Shown: one piece after another, positions 40,101 through 49,388 of the stretch
Layout of the letters: each line of letters opens with the position of its first letter
Position numbering within the stretch: the stretch's first letter is position 1
Assembly (NCBI GenBank): GCA_963675745.2
Contig: CAXXWX010000003.1
Coordinates: 32,001 to 96,000 of the forward strand
Reading direction: 5' to 3'
DNA length: 64,000 nucleotides
Source: Phycisphaerae bacterium
GTDB taxonomy: Bacteria > Planctomycetota > Phycisphaerae > UBA1845 > Fen-1342
Notes under the pieces: model-generated
What the model was told of the DNA's origin: nothing
What the model saw: only the letters and a program-made list of their open reading frames with translations
Database searches by the model: none
Program-made: the position numbers and the translations under genes

Positions 40101-40333
40101 CTACGGTGCCTACCTGCCTGGCCCCGATCCACACTTGCCACACGGCTTTGCCTGTGAGAAACGGGGCCGGTAGACTAACGCTTGGCTGCGGGCCGGGTCA
40201 AACTGAAGAGAGATAACGCCCGACCCGCCCGCGTGGCCCGTGAGCCTGACGCCGGGTGTTGCTGCCCGCGGACGGCGCTGCATAGCACGCCGCGGCAAAA
40301 CCGCCCGGGCGGCGTGTGTACAAAGGAGATCCG

Positions 40334-40468
40334 ATGAGTCCTCTGCGTAAACGCATGATCACCCTTACGCTGTGTTCGAGCGGCACGTTGTTGGCCAGCT
40401 CGTGTGCCACGGAGCAGATCCTGGAGACAATCTTCACCGCGTTCCAGATCGTGAACGTCTGGGTGTAG
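40334..40468 (+). CDS. 44-aa small protein, possible lipoprotein or membrane peptide
   Basis: Below the ORF-track cut-off. AAAGGAG 5 nt before the ATG; MSPLRKRMITLTLCSSGTLLASSCATEQILETIFTAFQIVNVWV. Confidence 0.65.
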   Translation: MSPLRKRMITLTLCSSGTLLASSCATEQILETIFTAFQIVNVWV

Positions 40469-40515
40469 TGCCGGCCGATCTCGGGGATTTGATCCCAGGG
40501 ACTGCTGGTGTGCCC

Positions 40516-41322
40516 ATGCCGTTGAATACCCCGATCCGCGGGCCGCATATGCCGGAAGCCACGTGGCTGGACCCGCGTGACACGAGTGAGGCCAAGCGGC
40601 GTCCAATCAGTGACGCTGTCAACATTCCGCTTACGCAGCTTCCCGATCGCACGCACGAACTTCCGCCGGCCGAGACCGTTATTCGAGTGGCCGGGCCGCG
40701 CGCGCTGGTCGAAGAGACCGTCGCCTGGCTCCGGCAACATGGGCGCGCGGCGGTAGGGGGGGATGACTTCCGCTACGCCGAGACATCCGAGCAGCGGCCG
40801 CGCGGGCGACTATGGAAGCCAAGCGCGCTGCTTGCCACGGCCCTGCCTGACCTGCCGCCGGGGTGTGCCCTCGACCTGGCGTGCGGTACCGGGCGTGACG
40901 CCGCTTACCTGGCTGCGTGGGGTTGGCAAGTGACGGCGGTTGACGTGTTGCCCGATGCGCTGGAGCGCGGCCGGCAACTGGAGGTGGCATACGGCCCGAC
41001 CGCGCACGCGGTTGATTGGCGCTGCGCCGATCTGGAGCGCGACGCGCCGACGTTCAAGCGCTTTGACCTGGTGACCGTGTTTCGCTATCTGCACCGTCCA
41101 CTGCTGGCTCAGTTGCATGAGTGTGTGAAGCCCGGCGGCAGCATTCTCTGCGAGACGTTCACGACGTTGCACCGCGCGCGTCATGGGCGTCCACGCAGCG
41201 CGGATCACGTCCTGGAACCCCGGGAGTTGCACAGCATCTTCTCACGCCACGAGATTCGGACGTACTCGGAGGATTGGCGCGGCACGGCCCACACGGCCCG
41301 CGTCTGGGCGGTCGTACGTTGA
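40516..41322 (+). CDS. Rhodanese-like domain fused to a class I SAM methyltransferase (TehB-like)
   Basis: LDPR....I.DAVNIPL, followed by ALDLACGTGRDA and FDLVTVFRYLHRPL. Confidence 0.82.
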   Translation: MPLNTPIRGPHMPEATWLDPRDTSEAKRRPISDAVNIPLTQLPDRTHELPPAETVIRVAGPRALVEETVAWLRQHGRAAVGGDDFRYAETSEQRPRGRLWKPSALLATALPDLPPGCALDLACGTGRDAAYLAAWGWQVTAVDVLPDALERGRQLEVAYGPTAHAVDWRCADLERDAPTFKRFDLVTVFRYLHRPLLAQLHECVKPGGSILCETFTTLHRARHGRPRSADHVLEPRELHSIFSRHEIRTYSEDWRGTAHTARVWAVVR

Positions 41323-41336
41323 TCGTGTGCCTACGG

Positions 41337-42578
41337 TCAGGGTGCGTCAGTGCTCCACGCCGCGTCGGCTGCTTCGTCGGCCGCTGACATCCCCAGCGTG
41401 CCGTCATCCCCGCCTGTGCGATTGGTCAATGTCTGGCCGCTGCCTTCGTCGAACGGCCAGTAGCCAAGCAAACCCGTCGATGCTGCGGACGGCGCCGCGC
41501 TCCAGCTTGCCGCGATGTCATTGGCGTCGCGCGCGATGGACCAGAAGGCCACGCGCGACACCTTGCCCTCAAAGCCCTGGCCGATCGTCAGCGCCGAAAC
41601 CGAGATGTCACCGCTCAATGCGCCGGTCTTGAGCTGCTGCCCGTTGAGATAGATTGCCGCGCCCGCCGCACTGTCGTAGGTGACGGCGACGTGTTGCCAG
41701 TTACCCGCCAGGCTGGGAGCGGTGGCTTGTACGGTGTCACTGTCCTTGCGCACGCGTATTTCGTTGCTGCCGGGAGCGACGTCGATCACCAGGGCTTGCG
41801 CGCCAATCGACGCCACCATCCCGCCGTCGGTAGCGGCGTTGACCCAGGCCTCAAACGTGCAGGCGGTCAGAGACCCGGCACCTGTGACCGGCAGCGTCGC
41901 GTACTGCGTGCCGTCGAATTGCAGCGATTTGGCGGCGGTGCCCTCGGTCGAACCGACGTTGATCGTGATCTCGGCGGTGTCCTCCATACCGCCGGCGGAG
42001 ACGACGCGCAGCATCACGACATAGTCACCCTCCGCCTGATACTGGTGGAAGGGCTGTGTGTTGCGCGAGACGCTCCCGTCACCGAAATCCCAGTAATAAT
42101 CGCGGATCTCATCCGCGCCAGCACTGCTGTCGGTCCCGTCAAAGACGACGGTCAGCGGTGCGGGGCCGCTGGTAATGTCGGCGCCGATTACGGCGTCGGC
42201 GGGGTCGTCGCCATATGCACGAACGCGCGTGAATGTGGTTCCCTGGTTGCCGGCCGTATCGGTGACCGTGAGGAATATGTCGTAGCCGCCGGGCTGCTCG
42301 AACGTGTATGTGGCGACCGGGCCCGTGAACTGCGCCAAACCGTCGAAGTCCCACGCGTAAGTGGCGATCGCGCCGGCCGTGGATGACGAGCTGTCGCCAA
42401 AGGCGGTAACGATGTGCGGGGCCGGCCCTTCGCTCGACGTGACGATGATCTCCGCGCTGACCGGGCCGCCGCCGACTTGCGCTGAGTCGCCCGCGGGGCA
42501 CCCGGTGATCAGGAGCCCGGCAGAGGCAAGGAGCACCAGGAGAGCAATGGCTGTATCACGAGCGGGTGCGTACTTCAT
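41337..42578 (-). CDS. Lipoprotein with two PKD domains and a LamG-like domain
   Basis: Lipobox LITGC; YAWDFDG and YYWDFGDG (PKD); WQHVAVTYD..IYLNG and GYWPFDEGSG (LamG). Confidence 0.88.
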   Translation of the reverse strand: MKYAPARDTAIALLVLLASAGLLITGCPAGDSAQVGGGPVSAEIIVTSSEGPAPHIVTAFGDSSSSTAGAIATYAWDFDGLAQFTGPVATYTFEQPGGYDIFLTVTDTAGNQGTTFTRVRAYGDDPADAVIGADITSGPAPLTVVFDGTDSSAGADEIRDYYWDFGDGSVSRNTQPFHQYQAEGDYVVMLRVVSAGGMEDTAEITINVGSTEGTAAKSLQFDGTQYATLPVTGAGSLTACTFEAWVNAATDGGMVASIGAQALVIDVAPGSNEIRVRKDSDTVQATAPSLAGNWQHVAVTYDSAAGAAIYLNGQQLKTGALSGDISVSALTIGQGFEGKVSRVAFWSIARDANDIAASWSAAPSAASTGLLGYWPFDEGSGQTLTNRTGGDDGTLGMSAADEAADAAWSTDAP

Positions 42579-42797
42579 GGATCAAGCTCCGGAAGTTTCT
42601 TGTACGCGCTGCCGGGAATCCCATCCCGGCATCAATCGAGGCGCGGAGAATTATAACGCCCCCGCAGTGTCTGCCGACAGGCCCCCGCAAAGCGGCGGCG
42701 CAGGCAAGAGGGCCGGTAGTCGCCGTGCGAAGCTACCGACCCTCTAAGTGTTCACCAGCCGCAACGCTGACCGCGGTGCCGGAGATGGCGCCCGTGG

Positions 42798-43982
42798 TTA
42801 CTCGGTAGAGGTCTCGTCCGTGATGTCCTCCGTCGAGCTGACTGCGCTGACCGGGGTGACGTCCGTGTCTTCCCCGTGATCTCCAGTGAGGATGGTTGTC
42901 GTATCGACCGTGTTGGTTTCCGCAATGGCGGCGTCAAGGACCATGCCTCTGGCCTCGTCGAGAATGTGAGATCGTGAGCCGGTCGAACGGCGTCGGGCCC
43001 GCGACTTTGTCTCACTGAGCGCCACGCGCACCTCCGAGAAGGCCCGCTTGACGCTCGCCAGGGCGTTCTCGGCGCTGCGGTTCTGGTTGCGCAGCGACAT
43101 GAGCTCGGTTTCATAAAACTGACGTTGCTCCGCCAGCCGTGCGTTCTCACGTTCGAGATGGGCGACGTGTGCCTGAATGGCCTTCTTGTCGGTGCGCAGC
43201 GACTCGATTTTCTCTTCAAGCTGCGCCTGGACACGCGTGAGTTCGCTGCCGCGATCTTCGGCGTTACGCAGGGACATCTCGATGGTGGCCTTGGCCTTGC
43301 GCAGTTCGTCGATTGTGATTTCGCTGTCGCGGAGCTTGTCCTGGGCGATGGCCTGGGCATCGAGTGCCTCGCGATGGTCGCGTTCGAGTCCTTCATACTT
43401 CCCGGCGATGCTCTTCAGATCGCTCTTCAGCCCGTCGCGTTCCTTGCGGACGGCCCAGAAGTCTTCGAGCTGCTTGTTCGCCGACTTCAGCTCGCCCGTC
43501 AGGCGCATGCTCTCTTTCTGCGCGACGAGCAGTTGCTCGTTGGCGCGTTGCATCCGCCGCGTTGCGTCCGCCAGCTCCTCCTCGAGCACCGCGCTGTCCT
43601 GGCGTGATTGCTCGAGCGACTCGATACGCGTTTGAGAGGTGACAACCTGCCACTCGAATTCCTGGATCTTCTGATTAGCCGCGTGCAGCTCTGACGTGCG
43701 TCTGCTGAGCTCGGCTTCCAGCGTTTCGCGTTGCTCCTGATAAGCGTCGAGCTGGTCTTCGAGTTCGTTGATCACCGTCAGAACGTCATTGCGCTCGTCG
43801 AGGTACATGTCCTCGAAGCCCTCGCCGCTGCGCACGGGCCGCGTCGGGTTCTGCTCGATGGGCCCGTCATCAGTTACGCCGGGCTGGTTGGCGTCGTTAG
43901 CGGTTGCGGGTTCGTCCGCGGGAGGATTGCTCGGCGTCTTGTCGTTTCGGTTGCCGGCCTTACGCGTGTTGCTGTCACTCAT
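42798..43982 (-). CDS. Long coiled-coil protein
   Basis: About 270 aa of continuous E/K/R/L-rich heptad pattern between a Pro/Asn-rich head and a Thr/acidic tail; GAGG SD. Confidence 0.85.
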   Translation of the reverse strand: MSDSNTRKAGNRNDKTPSNPPADEPATANDANQPGVTDDGPIEQNPTRPVRSGEGFEDMYLDERNDVLTVINELEDQLDAYQEQRETLEAELSRRTSELHAANQKIQEFEWQVVTSQTRIESLEQSRQDSAVLEEELADATRRMQRANEQLLVAQKESMRLTGELKSANKQLEDFWAVRKERDGLKSDLKSIAGKYEGLERDHREALDAQAIAQDKLRDSEITIDELRKAKATIEMSLRNAEDRGSELTRVQAQLEEKIESLRTDKKAIQAHVAHLERENARLAEQRQFYETELMSLRNQNRSAENALASVKRAFSEVRVALSETKSRARRRSTGSRSHILDEARGMVLDAAIAETNTVDTTTILTGDHGEDTDVTPVSAVSSTEDITDETSTE

Positions 43983-44421
43983 CGTAACTCGTCCTCGCTG
44001 GGCAAACGTTCAGGTCACCGCTGCCATCCATGCGTCTGGAATCACCTGGGGCGGGTCCGCACACAGGCTCGTCACCATTCGCTATCGGTGGGGCAGGCGC
44101 GGCGTCTTGACCTGTTTGTATCGGTCCTGCGGAGAACCGTGCGCGGGCGCACAATCGGCCGACGCGCCGGCTGGCATAGACCGGCCCGCAGCGGTACTGG
44201 GGGCAGTGTACGTCCGATAGTGTTTGGGGCTGAATCGGCCAATTTCGCCCGTAATCACCGTCGTGCTTGATCCGGACGACCCCTATCGCGTACGCTATTG
44301 TACGTAGCTATGGGGCAAGACTCTTGGGTGCGCGAACCCTCCGCCCGCGCGCTCCGACGGCGGCTGTCAGCCGTTGCGAGCGACCAACTCCAGCGGGCAC
44401 AATCCGAAAGGAGTTTGTTAG

Positions 44422-47400
44422 ATGATCTGCCGACCCGCCGTTTCTGCCACAGGGGTATGCTGCGCGCTGATCGCCGGAATTTTCACTGCCGGGGCCGGCC
44501 CTGCGGCGCTGGCGGACGGCGACGTCGTTCGCATCACCGGTGCGGATGCACGCCAGTTGGCGACCGACAAGGGCCTCACCATCCGCGAGGAGACGACGCA
44601 CGGCGTCATCGAGCTACAGGCGTTTCTGAACGGACTCCCACGCTATTACATGACCAACAACGAAGATGCCGCCGACAGTATCAGCACCGACGAGTGCCAC
44701 CCGGGCGGCTCGACCGGGTTCGGACTTGACGGCTCGGGCGTCACGCTCGGCGTGTGGGACGGCGGGGGCGTGCGCACCAGTCACCAGGAATTCGGCGGCC
44801 GCGCCACGCAGATGGACTCACCCAGCGGCACACATTACCACTCCACCCACGTGGCCGGCACGATGATCGCCTCGGGCGTGCAGTCGGCCGCCAAGGGCAT
44901 GTCGTTCGCCGGCGACCTCGACTGCTGGGACTGGGACAACGATACCACCGAGATGCGCAGTGCCGCCAGCAGTGGCCTGCGCGTCTCCAACCACTCATAC
45001 GGCTTCGTCCACGGCTGGACATACAACTACTCCTACTACGAGTGGTTCTGGTACGGCGACGTCAACGTCAGCACGACAGAGGAGTACTGGTTCGGCTTCT
45101 ACAGCGATTACACGGAGGAGCTGGACGACATCGCGCGCGACTATCCCTATTACCTGATCTGCAAATCAGCCGGCAACGACCGCAACGATGATGGCCCCGG
45201 CCCCGGCGGCGGGCACTACTACTACAACCCCAGTTCCGGTTACTGGGAGTGGAGCACGACTACACGCGACCCGGACGGTGACTGGGATTGTGTCGGCACA
45301 CAGGGATCCGCCAAGAACATCCTCACAGTCGCCGCCGTCGAAGATGTCATCGGCGGCTACTCCGGCACCGGTAGCGTTTCTATGAGCTCGTTCTCATCAT
45401 GGGGGCCCACTGATGACGGGCGCATCAAGCCTGACATCGCCGCCAACGGCGTCGGCCTGTATTCCACCATGGATGGCAGCAACAGCGATTATGACTCGCT
45501 CTCAGGCACGTCGATGTCGACGCCGAACGCCAGCGGCTCGATGGGCATACTCATCGAACACTGGCGCGACACGCACGCCGGCGACATGCGCGCCGCAACG
45601 CTCAAGGGGCTGGTGCTGCACACGGCTGACGAGTGCGGTTCGGCCAATGGGCCCGATTACAAGTTCGGCTGGGGGCTGATGAACACCAAGACCGCGGCCG
45701 AGACGATCTCAGAGGACGTGTCGGAGCCGCTGACCATCAGCGAGCAGACGCTGAGCAACGGCGGCACGTATGAGCTGTACGTGACTACCGACGGTTCGGC
45801 GAGCGAACTGCGGGCTTCGATCTGCTGGACCGATGTACCCGGCACGCCGCCCAGCCCCGCGGTTGACCCATCAACCAAGATGCTGGTCAATGATCTCGAC
45901 CTGCGCGTTATCAAGGATTCGCCGAGCACCACCTACTATCCCTGGGTGTTGAACCCGGCCAGTCCGAACAGCGCCGCGACCACCGGCGACAACAATACCG
46001 ACAACGTCGAGCAGGTCGTCGTCACCAGCCCGGGTACGAACAACTACACCGTGCGCATCACGCACAAGAGCTCACTCAGTGGTGGCAGCCAGGCATTCTC
46101 ACTGATCATCACCGGGGCGGCGTCAATCAGCGATAGCCAGATCACGGACTGCAACAACAACGGCGTGCCCGATGACCAGGATATCGCTCTCGGCACCAGC
46201 CAGGATTGTGACACCAATGGCGTTCCGGATGAGTGCCAGACCGACAGCGACAACGATGGCGTGATCGACCCGTGCGACGGCTGCCCTAGCGACCCGGACA
46301 AGACCGATCCGGGCGTCTGCGGCTGCGGCGTACCGGACACGGACTCGGACAGCGATGGTACGCCGGATTGCAATGATGGCTGCCCGAACGATCCCAATAA
46401 GATCGCACCGGGTGTGTGCGGATGCGGCACACCGGACACCGATTCGGACAGCGACGGTACGCCCGATTGCATAGACGGCTGCCCGAGCGACCCCGACAAG
46501 ACTGAGCCGGGCATCTGTGGTTGCGGCACGCCTGACACTGATTCGGATAGTGACGGTACGCCCGATTGCAACGACAACTGTCCGAATGATCCGGACAAAG
46601 TCGAGCCCGGCATCTGTGGGTGCGGTGTGCCCGACACCGACTCCGACAGCGACGGCACGCCCGATTGCAATGACGGCTGCCCGAACGATCCAGACAAGAT
46701 TGATCCAGGCATCTGTGGTTGCGGAACGCCGGACACCGACTCGGACAGTGATGGCACACCCGATTGCATAGACGGCTGCCCGAACGACCCGGACAAGATT
46801 GATCCAGGCATCTGCGGTTGTGGCACGCCGGACACTGATTCGGACAGCGACGGAACACCCGACTGTAACGACGGTTGCCCGGACGACCCGAACAAGGTTG
46901 ATCCCGGCATCTGTGGTTGCGGAACGCCGGACACCGATTCGGACAGCGACGGCACTCCCGACTGCATAGACGGCTGTCCAAGCGACCCGGACAAGATTGA
47001 TCCTGGCGTCTGCGGTTGCGGCACACCAGATACCGATTCGGACAGCGATGGCACTCCCGATTGCAATGACAACTGCCCGGACGATCCGAACAAGACGGAG
47101 CCGGGTGTGTGCGGTTGTGGCACCCCCGACACCGACTCCGACAGCGACGGCACGCCGGATTGCAACGACAACTGCCCGAATGATCCGAACAAGGTCGAGC
47201 CAGGCATCTGCGGCTGCGGCGTCCCGGACACCGATTCGGACAGCGACGGTACTCCCGATTGCAACGACGGCTGCCCAAACGACCCGGACAAGATTGATCC
47301 AGGCATCTGCGGCTGCGGCGTCCCGGACACCGACTCGGACAGCGACGGCACGCCCGATTGCAACGACGGCTGCCCAAACGACCCGGACAAGATTGATCCA

Positions 47401-49263
47401 GGCATCTGCGGCTGCGGCGTCCCGGACACCGACTCGGACAGCGACGGCACGCCGGACTGCAACGACAACTGCCCGAACGACCCGAATAAGGTCGAACCTG
47501 GTGACTGTGGCTGCGGCATACCGGATACCGACTCCGACAGCGACGGCACCGCTGATTGCATCGACGGCTGCCCGAGCGATCCAGACAAGACCGATCCGGG
47601 TGTGTGCGGCTGTGGCACGCCCGACACCGATTCGGACAGTGACGGCACGCCGGATTGCATAGACGGCTGCCCGAGCGACCCTGACAAGACCGATCCCGGC
47701 GTCTGCGGCTGCGGCATACCGGACACCGATTCGGACAGCGACGGCACGCCCGACTGCAACGACAACTGCCCGAACGACCCGAATAAGGTCGAACCTGGTG
47801 ACTGCGGCTGCGGCATACCGGACACCGACTCGGACAGCGACGGCACGCCGGACTGCAACGACAACTGCCCGAACGACCCGAATAAGGTCGAACCTGGTGA
47901 CTGTGGCTGCGGCATACCGGATACCGACTCCGACAGCGACGGCACCGCTGATTGCATCGACGGCTGCCCGAGCGATCCAGACAAGACCGATCCGGGTGTG
48001 TGCGGCTGTGGCACGCCCGACACCGATTCGGACAGTGACGGCACGCCGGATTGCATAGATGGCTGCCCGAGCGACCCTGACAAGACCGATCCCGGCGTCT
48101 GCGGCTGCGGCATACCGGACACCGATTCGGACAGCGACGGCACCCCCGACTGCAACGACGGCTGCCCAAACGACCCGGACAAGATTGATCCGGGCATCTG
48201 CGGCTGCGGCGTCCCGGACACCGATTCGGACAGCGACGGCACCCCCGACTGCAACGACAACTGCCCCAACGACCCGAACAAGGTCGAGCCGGGTGTGTGC
48301 GGTTGCGGTGTCGCAGATGTGGACACGGATGAGGACGGGTATTTTGACTGCGAAGACAACTGCCCGGATCACGCCAATCCGGCCCAGCTCGATTGCGATA
48401 CCGACGGCATTGGTGACGTGTGCGCGATCGCGACCGGCGTGAGCGTTGACTGTAACGCCAACGGCGCGCCAGATGACTGCGAGGTCGATCTCGGTCTCGT
48501 TGACGACTGCAACGGGAACGGCGTGCCGGATGCATGTGAGGTTGGTGGCACCGTGGGTCTGTCAGGCGCGTATTACGCGACCGATGACCTCAGCGGGCCT
48601 CCGCTTGGGCGCATAGACGCGGGCGTCGCGTTCGACTGGGGCACCGGTGCCCCGTGGACGGCGTTCGTCGAGGACAACTTCAGCGCCCGCTGGAATGGAT
48701 ACATACACACGACCGCCGCCGCGGGCCTGTACACCTTCTACACGTACACCGACGACGGCGCGCGCCTGTGGGTTGATGGTCTACTGATCGTGGACCACTG
48801 GGTGGCCCAATCGCCGACCGAATGGTCCGGCACCATCACGCTCGACGCCGATCGCGATTACGAGCTGGTGTTCGAGTACTACGAGGCGGGTGGTGGTGCG
48901 GTTGCCGAGTTGCGCTGGGAGCCGCCCGGCGGTGCCAAGGAGGTCATCCCGAGCACCAACCTGGCGCCGGCACGCGACTGCAATACCAACGGCGTGCCCG
49001 ACCTGTGTGACATTAACGGCGGCGGCAGTGCCGATGACAACGGCAACGGCATCCCCGATGAGTGCGAGGGCGACCTGCTCGGCGACATGAACTGCGACGG
49101 GCTGGTCAACAACGGCGACATCGACGCCTTTGTGCTTGCCGTCACTCAACCCGCCGTGTACGAGGCCGCCTATCCTGATTGCAATATCTTCAACGCCGAC
49201 TGCAACGGCGATGGATTGGTGAACAACGGCGATATTGATTCGTTTGTCGCGTTGCTCTCCTAG
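44422..49263 (+). CDS. Secreted S8 subtilase with TSP3-like repeats, PA14 and dockerin-like domains
   Basis: Catalytic triad VWDGG / HSTHVAGT / GTSMSTP; DNFSARWNG..DDGARLWVDG (PA14); GDMNCDGLVNNGDIDAFV; GAAAGGAG SD. Confidence 0.93.
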   Translation: MICRPAVSATGVCCALIAGIFTAGAGPAALADGDVVRITGADARQLATDKGLTIREETTHGVIELQAFLNGLPRYYMTNNEDAADSISTDECHPGGSTGFGLDGSGVTLGVWDGGGVRTSHQEFGGRATQMDSPSGTHYHSTHVAGTMIASGVQSAAKGMSFAGDLDCWDWDNDTTEMRSAASSGLRVSNHSYGFVHGWTYNYSYYEWFWYGDVNVSTTEEYWFGFYSDYTEELDDIARDYPYYLICKSAGNDRNDDGPGPGGGHYYYNPSSGYWEWSTTTRDPDGDWDCVGTQGSAKNILTVAAVEDVIGGYSGTGSVSMSSFSSWGPTDDGRIKPDIAANGVGLYSTMDGSNSDYDSLSGTSMSTPNASGSMGILIEHWRDTHAGDMRAATLKGLVLHTADECGSANGPDYKFGWGLMNTKTAAETISEDVSEPLTISEQTLSNGGTYELYVTTDGSASELRASICWTDVPGTPPSPAVDPSTKMLVNDLDLRVIKDSPSTTYYPWVLNPASPNSAATTGDNNTDNVEQVVVTSPGTNNYTVRITHKSSLSGGSQAFSLIITGAASISDSQITDCNNNGVPDDQDIALGTSQDCDTNGVPDECQTDSDNDGVIDPCDGCPSDPDKTDPGVCGCGVPDTDSDSDGTPDCNDGCPNDPNKIAPGVCGCGTPDTDSDSDGTPDCIDGCPSDPDKTEPGICGCGTPDTDSDSDGTPDCNDNCPNDPDKVEPGICGCGVPDTDSDSDGTPDCNDGCPNDPDKIDPGICGCGTPDTDSDSDGTPDCIDGCPNDPDKIDPGICGCGTPDTDSDSDGTPDCNDGCPDDPNKVDPGICGCGTPDTDSDSDGTPDCIDGCPSDPDKIDPGVCGCGTPDTDSDSDGTPDCNDNCPDDPNKTEPGVCGCGTPDTDSDSDGTPDCNDNCPNDPNKVEPGICGCGVPDTDSDSDGTPDCNDGCPNDPDKIDPGICGCGVPDTDSDSDGTPDCNDGCPNDPDKIDPGICGCGVPDTDSDSDGTPDCNDNCPNDPNKVEPGDCGCGIPDTDSDSDGTADCIDGCPSDPDKTDPGVCGCGTPDTDSDSDGTPDCIDGCPSDPDKTDPGVCGCGIPDTDSDSDGTPDCNDNCPNDPNKVEPGDCGCGIPDTDSDSDGTPDCNDNCPNDPNKVEPGDCGCGIPDTDSDSDGTADCIDGCPSDPDKTDPGVCGCGTPDTDSDSDGTPDCIDGCPSDPDKTDPGVCGCGIPDTDSDSDGTPDCNDGCPNDPDKIDPGICGCGVPDTDSDSDGTPDCNDNCPNDPNKVEPGVCGCGVADVDTDEDGYFDCEDNCPDHANPAQLDCDTDGIGDVCAIATGVSVDCNANGAPDDCEVDLGLVDDCNGNGVPDACEVGGTVGLSGAYYATDDLSGPPLGRIDAGVAFDWGTGAPWTAFVEDNFSARWNGYIHTTAAAGLYTFYTYTDDGARLWVDGLLIVDHWVAQSPTEWSGTITLDADRDYELVFEYYEAGGGAVAELRWEPPGGAKEVIPSTNLAPARDCNTNGVPDLCDINGGGSADDNGNGIPDECEGDLLGDMNCDGLVNNGDIDAFVLAVTQPAVYEAAYPDCNIFNADCNGDGLVNNGDIDSFVALLS
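46243..48321 (+). repeat. 21 tandem 99-bp (33-aa) coding repeats
   Basis: Unit DSDSDGTPDCNDGCPNDPDKIDPGICGCGVPDT; the span is exactly 21 x 99 bp. Confidence 0.95.
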
Positions 49264-49388
49264 ACGAGTTTGTGGAGGAGGAAGTAGGGGAATGCGGGCC
49301 GGTCCTTGTGGCCGGCCCGCGGCACATCTGTGCGCGCGAGGCCTGGCGGACTTGACGGCCGGCGCTGCATGCCGGACCTTGTGCCATC

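Noticed and set aside
46044..48535. Three ~750-aa minus-strand ORFs
   Set aside because: Antisense shadows of the 99-bp coding repeats of the S8 gene.
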